Shown here piece after piece: positions 1 through 8,806 of a stretch of 23,572 bases of DNA. This DNA is from an uncultured virus (IMG/VR IMGVR_UViG_3300045016_000216). Lineage: Duplodnaviria; Heunggongvirae; Uroviricota; Caudoviricetes. A program made the position numbers and the translations under genes. Numbering within the stretch: position 1 is the first letter of the stretch; every line of letters starts with the position of its first letter. Location: the IMG/VR virus record IMGVR_UViG_3300045016_000216. One strand, written 5' to 3'. The notes below the pieces were generated by a model, which was given only the letters and a program-made list of their open reading frames with translations, had not been told where the DNA came from and searched no databases.

Positions 1-1486
1 TTCTAGTTGACATAAATAATCTCCATGGGGGCACAGAGAAAGAACCTCTAGGAATCAAGACCATTCCATATTTTCCATATTGAACCCATGAACTAGAATC
101 AACTGAATTACCTGTAACATAAATATGGTTATTACATTTTACAAAAAATGCTTCAGAAGGGACTTTCACACACCATAGTTTTCCTGAATAAATTTGTTCT
201 TCCTTTTTTAGTTTATTTACATAGATATGTTTTATAGAAGAAGACCTTAATCCTTTATAATTATTGTATTCATAAACAGAGGTGGGTATACCTAACAATA
301 AACACATTATCCTTATTACTTCTAAATTTTCCTTTTTAATTTCCTTTTTGACTTTAATCTCAAACCCTTTTATTCTTTTTAGACCTGAAATAGTCCCATC
401 TGCTAAAACGGAATTATTAATAAATAATTCCGTTTGTTCTTTTGTTAATTTATAGGGTAAATCAACGGGTAGTTTTTTATTAGGTGCAATAGATAATAAC
501 CAATCCGACATTTCCCCGTACAATTCAAAGGAAATAATATTTTCAGTTATACTTTCACAAAATATTTCTCCGCTCCTTATAAGGGCTTCCCTTATTATTT
601 TACACTTTTCAGGATTCGCTTTTTCTGATTGATATATTACTACATTATTTTTGGTATATCTTTTTCTTTTGTTTATAGTACCATCTGTCCAAAACCAAGA
701 TAAAATGATCACTTGTTCATTTGATATGTTAGATTCTGTGGGAAAATTGTAATCCATTCCTACACGGTTAATACAATCATTAAATGAAAGGGTTTTTGTT
801 GTTCTCCATTTATATTCTTCATCTCTATGTTGCCAATGAGACACTACCCAACGATGGTTTTCACTAACAATGGTTTTAAAATTCCTATTATATAATTTGT
901 ATAACTTTTCATTATGAACTTCAAATATAGGAATTTCTTCTATTTTCTGCCATTCTGTTTTCCCGTAATTGAAAGTCAGAATTTCATCTCCTACTTTTAA
1001 ATTTGATAAATTGTTCCATCCTGATCTAGTCAATATTGAATGGTCTTCTTCTGTCATACAATACCAAGGGTATCTTGCTATCAACTCAGGAGAAGTCAAA
1101 CCAAATCCATGTATCTTATTTTTAGGGATAAAGTCAGGAGCTTTACAGATAACTCTCCAACATTGATCTAACCAAGAGAGTAAGGATTCTTTTCTTCCCC
1201 CTACCATTCCCCCTAAAGCTACATACTCATAATTATCAAGGTAATATCTTAAATACTTTTCATCTTCATTGTAATGATAGCAAGGAAGAGGTTTTAATCC
1301 ACAATCTTCCATAACTTTTTGATTGATCAGAGTTTCTTCGGCGTTACCAATACAATCAAGATTGGTATAAACTTCTAAATATTCTAAATTAGCCTTGATA
1401 AATCTTATGTAATCGGTTAGATTAATAGTTGTGTTTTTGGTTAAGGCTGTATAAGCTCCAGAATCTAAAAAGATCCTAGTTTTCAT
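1..1486 (-). CDS. dpdA: DpdA/TGT-like 7-deazaguanine DNA transglycosylase, intein-containing, 3' end outside the window
   Basis: Hand translation from ATG at 1486 (overlaps the gat-queC stop): MKTRIFLDSGAYTALTK...NLDCIGN...PLPCYH...YVALGGMV...KIHGFGLT...RYPWY|intein|SVDSSSWVQYGKYG. DSG, LD, GG, HGFG and xDS are TGT-barrel motifs. The frame stays open to the left edge, which explains its absence from the ORF track. It lies directly downstream of folE/gat-queC. Confidence 0.8.
   Translation of the reverse strand, partial: MKTRIFLDSGAYTALTKNTTINLTDYIRFIKANLEYLEVYTNLDCIGNAEETLINQKVMEDCGLKPLPCYHYNEDEKYLRYYLDNYEYVALGGMVGGRKESLLSWLDQCWRVICKAPDFIPKNKIHGFGLTSPELIARYPWYCMTEEDHSILTRSGWNNLSNLKVGDEILTFNYGKTEWQKIEEIPIFEVHNEKLYKLYNRNFKTIVSENHRWVVSHWQHRDEEYKWRTTKTLSFNDCINRVGMDYNFPTESNISNEQVIILSWFWTDGTINKRKRYTKNNVVIYQSEKANPEKCKIIREALIRSGEIFCESITENIISFELYGEMSDWLLSIAPNKKLPVDLPYKLTKEQTELFINNSVLADGTISGLKRIKGFEIKVKKEIKKENLEVIRIMCLLLGIPTSVYEYNNYKGLRSSSIKHIYVNKLKKEEQIYSGKLWCVKVPSEAFFVKCNNHIYVTGNSVDSSSWVQYGKYGMVLIPRGSFSVPPWRLFMSTR
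107..1060 (-). mobile_element. Intein (318 aa) with LAGLIDADG homing endonuclease, inside the DpdA-like gene
   Basis: Block A CMTEEDHSILTRSGW, block B VSENHRW, LAGLIDADG-like blocks LSWFWTDG and NSVLADG, block F LWCVKVPSEAFFV, end YVTGN followed by Ser+1. Excision restores YPWY-SVDSSSW. Confidence 0.9.
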
Positions 1487-2813
1487 ATTTTATGCAATCT
1501 TCAACCTTATTCATTATAAAAGCCTTTTTTCTCATATAGCAAGGTCCGCACACCCCACAATGCAAATCTCTACCTTCATAACAAGACCAAGTTAGATGTA
1601 GAGGAGCCTTAAGTTCTAACCCCATTTTTACTATCTCATGTTTCATTAAGTTTCCAACAGGCTGTAACATTTCTACCCTGTTTTGTAGATTGGTAGCATA
1701 AGGTAGGATGTCATTGAATTTTTGAGCAAAGATCATCTCATTATCAGGATAGGCCCCGCTTTCTTCAAGATTATTTCCCAAAGCTATGTAAGTTACTCCT
1801 CTTGATTCTGCAAGTGCTGTAGCTATGGAATACATTATTAAATTTCTTGCAGGAACCCACTCCCAAGCAAGTTCAGCGGAAGCCTCTCCATCTGCTAATT
1901 GATCTTTTGTGTTTGTAAGTCTTGAATGTCCGATAACAGTTTTGAAGATGTCAAGAGGAACCAAAAGATAGGACATGTTAAGGTAATCTGAAACATCTTT
2001 TACAGCTTGAATTTCTTTTTTTTCTGCCCTGCATCCATAAACAAAATGGACTAAAGTAACATCATATCCTTGATCTTTTAAATAGGTTGCAGTTACTACA
2101 GAATCTAATCCACCTGAACATATTACTAATACCTTTTTATCTTTTTCAGGGGCAGGTCTCCAAAGAGAATGGGGTTGAATTAGTTGTCCTCCTTTCAATA
2201 CCAACAGAGAATAAGGGGGAACTTGCACTATTTTGTTATCATAGGTATTTAGATATTTTCTTAAAGAGGAAAAATAGATAGTATCTCCTTTAAATGTTAT
2301 AAATAAAGGTTTGTAATTCACCGCTAAATATAGAGTATGAGTTTTCTTATCCCATATTGCCATAGCATAGGATCCTACAATCTCATCTCTTAGTACCTCA
2401 ATAAGATGTTCTACAGTACCGTTCCAAATTTTTTCTAATAATGGAGCTATTACAGCAGAATCAATTTTGGATTCTGTTTTCAAGGAATATTTTTTAATTA
2501 GTTCCTTGTCATTTGCAATAGTACCATTATGAGCAACTACAAATCTCTTTGTAACGAAAGGTTGGACATCTTTATCAGTTTTGTTTTCTACATATTCTGT
2601 AGTAGGTTCGGCCCTATTATTATTTATAGCTATTTCATAAATACTAATCGGTATCTTAGGAATAACACCTTTTTCTATAGAGGAATAGAGAGTTCCATCA
2701 ATATAAATACCGCAAGAATCTCTACCTCTTTCTTGTGCTTTTTTGATAATGTCCCTTAAATAAAAGGAATCTATTTTTGCGGAATCTACTAAACATCCAC
2801 TTATAGAACACAT
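1476..2813 (-). CDS. queC: Gat-QueC fusion (class II glutamine amidotransferase + preQ0 synthase; archaeosine-forming type)
   Basis: N-terminal MCSISG (Ntn Cys), RGRDS, HNG and DS. C-terminal SGGLDS PP-loop, VPARN, YPDN and SCY...CGVCGPC zinc motif. Confidence 0.93.
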   Translation of the reverse strand: MCSISGCLVDSAKIDSFYLRDIIKKAQERGRDSCGIYIDGTLYSSIEKGVIPKIPISIYEIAINNNRAEPTTEYVENKTDKDVQPFVTKRFVVAHNGTIANDKELIKKYSLKTESKIDSAVIAPLLEKIWNGTVEHLIEVLRDEIVGSYAMAIWDKKTHTLYLAVNYKPLFITFKGDTIYFSSLRKYLNTYDNKIVQVPPYSLLVLKGGQLIQPHSLWRPAPEKDKKVLVICSGGLDSVVTATYLKDQGYDVTLVHFVYGCRAEKKEIQAVKDVSDYLNMSYLLVPLDIFKTVIGHSRLTNTKDQLADGEASAELAWEWVPARNLIMYSIATALAESRGVTYIALGNNLEESGAYPDNEMIFAQKFNDILPYATNLQNRVEMLQPVGNLMKHEIVKMGLELKAPLHLTWSCYEGRDLHCGVCGPCYMRKKAFIMNKVEDCIKYEN

Positions 2814-2816
2814 AAG

Positions 2817-3386
2817 TTATCCTTTCGAGATCCTTGCAAGGAATTCATCTTTACATCCCCCATCATTAGTCCTAAACAAACCTCTGGTAGCTATTGCTTC
2901 ATAGGGGGAATTGAATTTTTTCAATCCTCTCATCTCTTTGCAAAGATGTCTGGCACTCATTACAAGAATTTGACCTTGAGGTTTTAAGACTTCTTCAAAT
3001 TCATTTACAATTTGATTCACAAGTCTTTCAGCCACTTGAAGTCTGCCAGAATAATAATCTACCATTCTTCCTATTTTACTTGCTCCTAAAACTAATTGGT
3101 CAGGAATGTAAGAATAGTAGTATTCACCAAAGAAGGGAAGCATGTGGTGTTCACAAAGGGAGAAGAAGTAACCTTGATCTATGAGCATTTCATCATAAAG
3201 AATTCCATCTTCTCCATTTGGAACAGTCATGATCCTAGGTTTTTTGTCCTGTTGATACCCACAAAAAAGTTCCTCATACATTTCAGCCATCCTTTTTGGA
3301 GTATCAACAAGACCATTCCTGTTCAGATCCTCACCAATTTCCTTAAGAAAACCGGCAAATATTACCACCAAGGCATTTTTGTTCAT
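2817..3386 (-). CDS. folE: GTP cyclohydrolase I
   Basis: TPKR, SLCEHHMLPFFG, SKIGR, RLQVAERL, HLCKEMRG. Confidence 0.95.
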   Translation of the reverse strand: MNKNALVVIFAGFLKEIGEDLNRNGLVDTPKRMAEMYEELFCGYQQDKKPRIMTVPNGEDGILYDEMLIDQGYFFSLCEHHMLPFFGEYYYSYIPDQLVLGASKIGRMVDYYSGRLQVAERLVNQIVNEFEEVLKPQGQILVMSARHLCKEMRGLKKFNSPYEAIATRGLFRTNDGGCKDEFLARISKG

Positions 3387-4045
3387 TATTGAGCCTCAGC
3401 AGGAGCTTCAGCAGGAGCTTCAACAGGTTTAGGTTTAACAGGAGCCAATGTATCGAAACTCATAACTCCATCCCCATTGACAAGGATAAGTTTCTTGAAC
3501 CTGTCATATTTAGTTCCTAACTGATTGGGGTTTTTTCCATCTGCTAAAGCAGTAGCTGGAGTAAGTTTAGATCCTCCCCATTGTTCAAGATACATTTCCA
3601 CCAATTCTTTCTTGGTGTACTTAGCTTCAGCAATTTTGTTTTTTAGCCAAATTATCCTTTCTCCAGGACCTCTCTCTTTCTTTTCCTTGGGCTCTTTCGG
3701 AGGTTTAGGTTCTTTAGCTTTCTTTTCCTTTTTCGGAGCTTCAGCTTCTACCTTTTCTTGAGGTTCCGCAGCTTCTACTTTTTCTTTAGGTTCCGCAGGA
3801 GTAGATGGAGGAGCATCATCTGTACCATACATAAAATTCCACATATCAGCTACCATTTGAGGAATTTTGTCTGTCTTGTCTGGATGATTTTCAATCAAGT
3901 CATCCATCTTGTTGGTGAAGTCTTCGATTAGTTGTTCCTTAGTTTTCCCTACACTCTTGATTTTAGGATCAATAAGACCGGAATCGTTTAGGGATTTGAT
4001 TGCCTCTTTCAACTTTGTTAAGTCAATTAAACCAATTTCTTTCAT
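3386..4045 (-). CDS. Putative DNA-binding protein: SAP/Rho-N-like N-terminus, K/E/P/A-rich linker, shared C-terminal wHTH-like domain (paralog 1)
   Basis: RBS aaggagg. TAATG overlap with folE. C-terminal domain is about half identical by eye to that of 17173..17679. Confidence 0.6.
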   Translation of the reverse strand: MKEIGLIDLTKLKEAIKSLNDSGLIDPKIKSVGKTKEQLIEDFTNKMDDLIENHPDKTDKIPQMVADMWNFMYGTDDAPPSTPAEPKEKVEAAEPQEKVEAEAPKKEKKAKEPKPPKEPKEKKERGPGERIIWLKNKIAEAKYTKKELVEMYLEQWGGSKLTPATALADGKNPNQLGTKYDRFKKLILVNGDGVMSFDTLAPVKPKPVEAPAEAPAEAQ

Positions 4046-4097
4046 AAAGCCTCCTTGATTTTTTTTGTCTCTAAGGACATTTTTTTATTCTACTACT

Positions 4098-4134
4098 AAT
4101 ATAGCATATTTTTTGAAAAACCGAAAATTATTTT
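4098..4134 (-). promoter_or_regulatory. Putative class II (middle) promoter, copy 1
   Basis: AAAATAATTTTCGGTTTTTCAAAAAATATGCTATATT: extended -10 (TGnTATATT), no TTGACA. 31/37 ungapped identity with 13013..13049. Confidence 0.6.
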
Positions 4135-4163
4135 TCCTCGGAAATTCAAAAAATTTTTTTCCC

Positions 4164-4820
4164 TTATCTCTCATGTTTAGAACCTGACCAAAGATACTTG
4201 TGTAATGGAACATTTATTCCAAAATCAAACATTTTTATTTTTATTGCATCCTCAACTAGAGCTTGATCTGAATATTTAGGTTTAACTGCACTTAGGAAAA
4301 ATCTGGCTCTACACCCATAATCTATCAAACTCTTCCTCACCAATACAGCCTCAGCCAACTGTTTAAAATCTTCCACCGGAATTTTTACAAAATCATCTTT
4401 TGTTAAATTAGCAAAAGACCAATAATTCATCTTATTTTGGTAATCTAATTTATAATCCACAACCCAACATAAATCCTTAAACCATCTGAATATAGTAGGT
4501 ATAGGTTGAGTTCCATTAGTTTCCACACTTATTTTGTATTTAGCTGCGGAAAATCTATCAATTAAGGTGTATACTGCCCTTTCTTGCAGTAAAGGCTCTC
4601 CTCCAGTTATTGTGATTTTTTTACAGCCATAAAATTCTACTTGTCTAAAAATTTCCTCTACACTCATGTCCTTTCCAGAACTTTCTTCTTGGGCATATTT
4701 TGTGTCACAGTACCAGCACCTTAAATTACAATTTGAAAAACGTATGAAAGTGCTGAATGTTCCCTGTCCCCATAGATTACATTCCCCATCTATTGAGTGG
4801 AAAATACTGAAAATTTTCAT
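4164..4820 (-). CDS. queE: 7-carboxy-7-deazaguanine synthase (radical SAM)
   Basis: SIDGE, FIRFSNCNLRCWYCDT (CxxxCxxC), ITGGEP, ETNG. Confidence 0.95.
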   Translation of the reverse strand: MKIFSIFHSIDGECNLWGQGTFSTFIRFSNCNLRCWYCDTKYAQEESSGKDMSVEEIFRQVEFYGCKKITITGGEPLLQERAVYTLIDRFSAAKYKISVETNGTQPIPTIFRWFKDLCWVVDYKLDYQNKMNYWSFANLTKDDFVKIPVEDFKQLAEAVLVRKSLIDYGCRARFFLSAVKPKYSDQALVEDAIKIKMFDFGINVPLHKYLWSGSKHER

Positions 4821-5164
4821 TTTACCTCCAATTCAGCATAAGAATCGGGTGTTTCATACAACCTAAGCCTTTTTAGATCAGGTAGTAGGTTTTTAAGATC
4901 ATCAGCTATCCAAAATAATAAGTTTTCTGCTGTAGGGTTTTCTAGGATTTCATTTAACAAACAATGGTCTAATAATTGAATTATCCTACTATTTACTACT
5001 TCTTTCAGGTATGAGAAATCCATAACCATTCCTGTTAAAGGATTAACATGTCCCTCTACAACAACATCTAATCGGAATCTATGACCATGTAAAAATCTAC
5101 ATTTACCTTCATAATTCGGCAATTTATGTGCTGAATCAAAATAAAAAGTTTTAGCTATGATCAC
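4817..5164 (-). CDS. queD: 6-carboxytetrahydropterin synthase
   Basis: FDSAHKL, CRFLHGH, LDH, NPTAEN, YETP. Confidence 0.95.
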   Translation of the reverse strand: MIIAKTFYFDSAHKLPNYEGKCRFLHGHRFRLDVVVEGHVNPLTGMVMDFSYLKEVVNSRIIQLLDHCLLNEILENPTAENLLFWIADDLKNLLPDLKRLRLYETPDSYAELEVK

Positions 5165-5349
5165 TTCTTTACCCCTTTCTTTTTTGGTATATTTTCAAGT
5201 TCAAAAGGAAAAAAATATCGGGTAATATTTCTGGTATCTCTAACTTTATAAGTTTTATGTCCTGAATAACAAGAAGGTTTATCTAAAACTATTACCTTCT
5301 CTTTTGTCAATTTTACTCTGACAATTTCACCTTCACAAAATTCTTTCAT
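5161..5349 (-). CDS. Hypothetical protein (small SH3/KOW-like beta protein)
   Basis: Start/stop overlaps with both neighbours; F-x-x-G-E-I-V-R-V pattern. Confidence 0.55.
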   Translation of the reverse strand: MKEFCEGEIVRVKLTKEKVIVLDKPSCYSGHKTYKVRDTRNITRYFFPFELENIPKKKGVKK

Positions 5350-5546
5350 TTTCCTCTCCTTTTTTTAGAATAAGCCTTACATGAATGAATAATTTCTCTC
5401 TCCTGGGTAAATAAACGCCAACCTTTATCAGTTAGTTTCCAGTCAAAAGGACCTCTATGGCAGTATTTACAGAAGGTATCATGATCCGGACTGTTGAAAT
5501 CATCCCAATCAAAATCTTCATTTATCCAATCTGCCATATCCCCCAT
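5346..5546 (-). CDS. Hypothetical Cys/His zinc-binding phage protein
   Basis: CKYC...HSC; RBS ggag; coupled to neighbours. Confidence 0.6.
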   Translation of the reverse strand: MGDMADWINEDFDWDDFNSPDHDTFCKYCHRGPFDWKLTDKGWRLFTQEREIIHSCKAYSKKRRGK

Positions 5547-5737
5547 TATTTTTCTCCTTCCTTTGTTAGGATTGATATTTGCCCTGTTGCTAAAATAATA
5601 GCATTACCATTTTTGTCAAAAAAGAACCAAAGACCATCAGAATATTTGTAATTAGTTATCCTTTCAATCACTTTATTATGAATAATAACTCCATTAATAA
5701 TTAGGTCTTTTACGTCCACTAAGTCTCTTATCTCCAT
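5546..5737 (-). CDS. Hypothetical protein
   Basis: Start moved to ATG at 5737 (TAATG overlap with the helicase stop) instead of 5752. Confidence 0.55.
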   Translation of the reverse strand: MEIRDLVDVKDLIINGVIIHNKVIERITNYKYSDGLWFFFDKNGNAIILATGQISILTKEGEK

Positions 5738-7251
5738 TATGTAAAGTCCCATGTCCTTTCTGAGTCTAAATTAACTTGACCCAAGCTAAGTTGTTGTAAT
5801 ACTATGCAGTTTTCTTCCTCATTAAATTCCTTGTGTCTGTGACCTAATAATCCTATTCTGACCAAATGATGTCTTTTTTCCTCCTTTGTTTGGTTTATTG
5901 CTAAGAAAACATCAACATGACCTAAAATACCTATCCACTCAGACACACCTTCTTGATCCATCTGTTTCTTGTACAAAGCTCCTCTGTTAGCCTGCCATGC
6001 ACTAACTACTAAACAGTTCCTTTCTGAAGCTAATTGACCAAGAATCTTCCAAGTATCATCAATTTGTTCTCTTTTCTGCATTTTTGGATTTTCTGGTCTC
6101 AAAATACCAGCATAGTCAATTACAATAACATCTGGAATAAATTCATCATTTTGCTCTAAAAGATCCAAGTCCCTTTTTATGTCTTCTATATTTGCAGAAA
6201 ATTTAGGGTAACTCATAGCTCTGATATTTGAACCATATTGATATTTGAAGGATTTAATGTGATTTACAGTATTTGCCATAGTAAATTGAGGTCTTTCTAC
6301 AGCCTGAAACCATGTAGCTACCCTGTAATTTACTGTACCTCTGCACTCAGTACAAGGTCTGTAGGCTAAATCTTCAGAATAAGGGGGAATTTCTCCACTC
6401 TCTCCTATTAACCTCTCTCTGTTTTTTCTTCTAGGATCACCACATTCCCCTACTTGGTTGAAATGACAATCAAACACAGGGTAAATCCATTTAGTTGCCC
6501 CTTCTCCAAAAGCTGTCAATCTTTTATAAAATCTTGCGTTCATTGTTTCCTTATTCATTTCAAGGGATATAAATACTACTTTCAATCTCTGGAATAAAGC
6601 TAAAGTAGCAAGTTCTATCAGAACCCAGGTTTTCCCCCTTTTGAAGGCCCCCATCACCCCTATAACCCAACCTCTTTCCATAGGGCCTATCATTCTGCCC
6701 AGTTCCCCCGGAAATCTTAACAGTCCCTCTGGATTAGCATCAAAAACAGTCCTAACTTGTTTTTCATCAAATACATCATACCATCCTGTGGTAAGTTTTT
6801 CTACTTTTTTGTAGTTCCTTATTTGCTCCTCAGCCTCATCAACTTTACCTATTGATAATAATTTGGCAATATTATCCGCAATTATTTCAAGTTCTCTTTT
6901 TTTGAAATATTTTAGTGCGGAATCTAAAATATAATCTTCATTTATTCCTTGATCTTCCTCATACTGTTCTGATAAGTGAACAAGGAAAGCCTCTATGATG
7001 TCTGTTTCTTCCTGAGAAAGTTCACCTTTTTCAAGGTCAAAAATATTTTTTATGTTTGTTTTAGGAGATTTTCCATATTCCTCAAAGTATTGTAAACACC
7101 AATGACAGATTATTTTTACAAAACTGTTTTTTATGTAATTAGGATCATAGATTGGTAATATCTCCTGTAAAAATTTTTCAGAAATAATAGAAGCAGTGGC
7201 TATCTTTTTTTCTACGGTGACATCTAAATCCCTCTTTGCTAATATTGTCAT
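5737..7251 (-). CDS. dnaB: Replicative DnaB-like (SF4) helicase
   Basis: Walker A GAFKRGKT, ISLEM, Walker B VIVIDYA, SAWQANR. Confidence 0.88.
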   Translation of the reverse strand: MTILAKRDLDVTVEKKIATASIISEKFLQEILPIYDPNYIKNSFVKIICHWCLQYFEEYGKSPKTNIKNIFDLEKGELSQEETDIIEAFLVHLSEQYEEDQGINEDYILDSALKYFKKRELEIIADNIAKLLSIGKVDEAEEQIRNYKKVEKLTTGWYDVFDEKQVRTVFDANPEGLLRFPGELGRMIGPMERGWVIGVMGAFKRGKTWVLIELATLALFQRLKVVFISLEMNKETMNARFYKRLTAFGEGATKWIYPVFDCHFNQVGECGDPRRKNRERLIGESGEIPPYSEDLAYRPCTECRGTVNYRVATWFQAVERPQFTMANTVNHIKSFKYQYGSNIRAMSYPKFSANIEDIKRDLDLLEQNDEFIPDVIVIDYAGILRPENPKMQKREQIDDTWKILGQLASERNCLVVSAWQANRGALYKKQMDQEGVSEWIGILGHVDVFLAINQTKEEKRHHLVRIGLLGHRHKEFNEEENCIVLQQLSLGQVNLDSERTWDFT

Positions 7252-7874
7252 ATGGTTACCTCATTCAATACAGCAAATTCTCCATGTAATTCCTTAGCCT
7301 TTTCATTGTAAGCTAAAGCGGCTTCTTCTTTAGTAGAAAATGTCCCTATAAAAATAGGGATATAATCACACATTATAAAAGCTCCCCATTTTTTTATATC
7401 TTTGCAAAAGGAAACTCCCTTAAACCCTGATGTATTATTCTTTGAAATACCTCTATTTTTTATATTTTCCATTTGAGTGCAAATTCTTAAATTTTCTTTT
7501 CTGTTATCCAATTTATTTCTATTTTTATGATCCACTGTTGTTTCCTTTTCTTTGTGGAGATTCAGAATGAATTTTGTAAATGAAACAGGTCCTATTTCTT
7601 TGTTTGACATTACATATCCTGTATTTATTCTGTGCCATTTTATATTTTTAACCTTATTATAATCTTCCAAATCAAATATAGTTTCTGCAATTTCTTCACC
7701 TTTCCTATTATAAAGCTTCATCCTACAATGGTTATTATCAATGATAATTTCATTAGGATCAAATCTTGTCCTTTTAAGAATTTTTCCACATCTATTAATT
7801 TGCATATAATGGTTTACACACAATCCTTTTGCATAAAATTTGTTATTACACCCTTCAATGGAGCAAATTTTCAT
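7248..7874 (-). CDS. Free-standing HNH-AP2 homing endonuclease
   Basis: N-terminal CSIEGC...AKGLCVNHY; VDHKNRNKLDNRKENLR (HNH); NNTSGFKGVS...W.A.I...GTFSTKEEAALAYN...HGEFA (AP2). Confidence 0.9.
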   Translation of the reverse strand: MKICSIEGCNNKFYAKGLCVNHYMQINRCGKILKRTRFDPNEIIIDNNHCRMKLYNRKGEEIAETIFDLEDYNKVKNIKWHRINTGYVMSNKEIGPVSFTKFILNLHKEKETTVDHKNRNKLDNRKENLRICTQMENIKNRGISKNNTSGFKGVSFCKDIKKWGAFIMCDYIPIFIGTFSTKEEAALAYNEKAKELHGEFAVLNEVTI

Positions 7875-7903
7875 ATTTTCTACCTCTTATACAGGAATAG
7901 GTT

Positions 7904-8107
7904 TTAGAAACAAAGGTTAGGAGTTTTATAGAAGCTTTTATAATTATTAATAATCCTAAGTAATATAATCTTAAAAGGTATACCTTTAATATAGTTGGAG
8001 TCATAAACCGGTTTTATCTCCTGTAAGAATTTTTTGGATATAATGGCCGCAGTAGCAATTTTCTTTTCAATGGTAATATCAATATTCCTTTTTGCTAATA
8101 TTGTCAT
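7904..8107 (-). pseudogene. Truncated second copy of the DnaB-like helicase N-terminus
   Basis: MTILAKRNIDITIEKKIATAAIISKKFLQEIKPVYDSNYIK versus helicase MTILAKRDLDVTVEKKIATASIISEKFLQEILPIYDPNYIK. Confidence 0.85.
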
Positions 8108-8262
8108 TCACCTTTTTCCTCCTCTTTAGCAACAAATAACCTTTCCTCGCTTAGAAAATTCACTAAAAGATGAGTAGCTTTTGAGCCACATTTAGGACAA
8201 TCTTGATAAACATCTACCCATTCACAGTCTAGGCAAAGCCGTGCTTTTGATAGTTCCATCAT
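8104..8262 (-). CDS. Small zinc-ribbon protein (52 aa, not in ORF track)
   Basis: MMELSKARLCLDCEWVDVYQDCPKCGSKATH...; ATGA overlaps at both ends. Confidence 0.7.
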   Translation of the reverse strand: MMELSKARLCLDCEWVDVYQDCPKCGSKATHLLVNFLSEERLFVAKEEEKGE

Positions 8263-8654
8263 TCCTCCTCCTCATCATAGTGTTTTTCCCAATATCTCTC
8301 AATTATTTCGCAAACCTTTTCCCTAGCCTTTTTATCTAATTTTACCATACAGGCTTCAGAAACATTCCCATATGTTTCCTCGATTTCATTTTCCAAATCA
8401 TCCCATATCATGTGGTAATAATAGGAATCAAAGAAAGTATTCCTCATTGATAAACATGAAGAGCAGGTTTTTACAGTAAAAAGTTGACCATCTATTTTAC
8501 CCACTATCTTTTCATAATTTTCTCCAGGTAAAATATCTTCACCACATTCCTCACATTTGTGTGTTTTTACTGCCATTCTATGTTGTCTGGATATTAGTTT
8601 ACATCCTTCATAATTACTTACTAGATCCAAAGAAATGTTACATTCATCCTTCAT
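8259..8654 (-). CDS. Hypothetical zinc-finger phage protein
   Basis: CEECG...KTCSSC; coupled to neighbours. Confidence 0.7.
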   Translation of the reverse strand: MKDECNISLDLVSNYEGCKLISRQHRMAVKTHKCEECGEDILPGENYEKIVGKIDGQLFTVKTCSSCLSMRNTFFDSYYYHMIWDDLENEIEETYGNVSEACMVKLDKKAREKVCEIIERYWEKHYDEEEE

Positions 8655-8806
8655 TTTTTTTCCTTAGGTTTATAAAGATATTTACATGATTCCTCTTCTG
8701 TCCTTGTCAACATTATCCCTTTTGAGGTTGTGGTAACGAAACAGTACCCTTTTTCATATCTAACAGACTTTCGGTAATGTTTACAATTACCACATATTTT
8801 TTTCAT
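8651..8806 (-). CDS. Small Cys-rich protein (51 aa, not in ORF track)
   Basis: MKKICGNCKHY...GYC...SCKYLY; ATGA overlaps at both ends. Confidence 0.7.
   Translation of the reverse strand: MKKICGNCKHYRKSVRYEKGYCFVTTTSKGIMLTRTEEESCKYLYKPKEKK

Noticed and set aside
1476..2813. QatABCD defence system or host queuosine tRNA pathway
   Set aside because: No KAP ATPase or TatD and no queF/queA; phage context and the adjacent DpdA-like gene favour DNA modification.
7248..8107. Group I intron in dnaB
   Set aside because: The downstream gene is complete with its own start, the upstream stub duplicates it instead of complementing it, and only about 30 nt of non-coding DNA is available for a ribozyme core.
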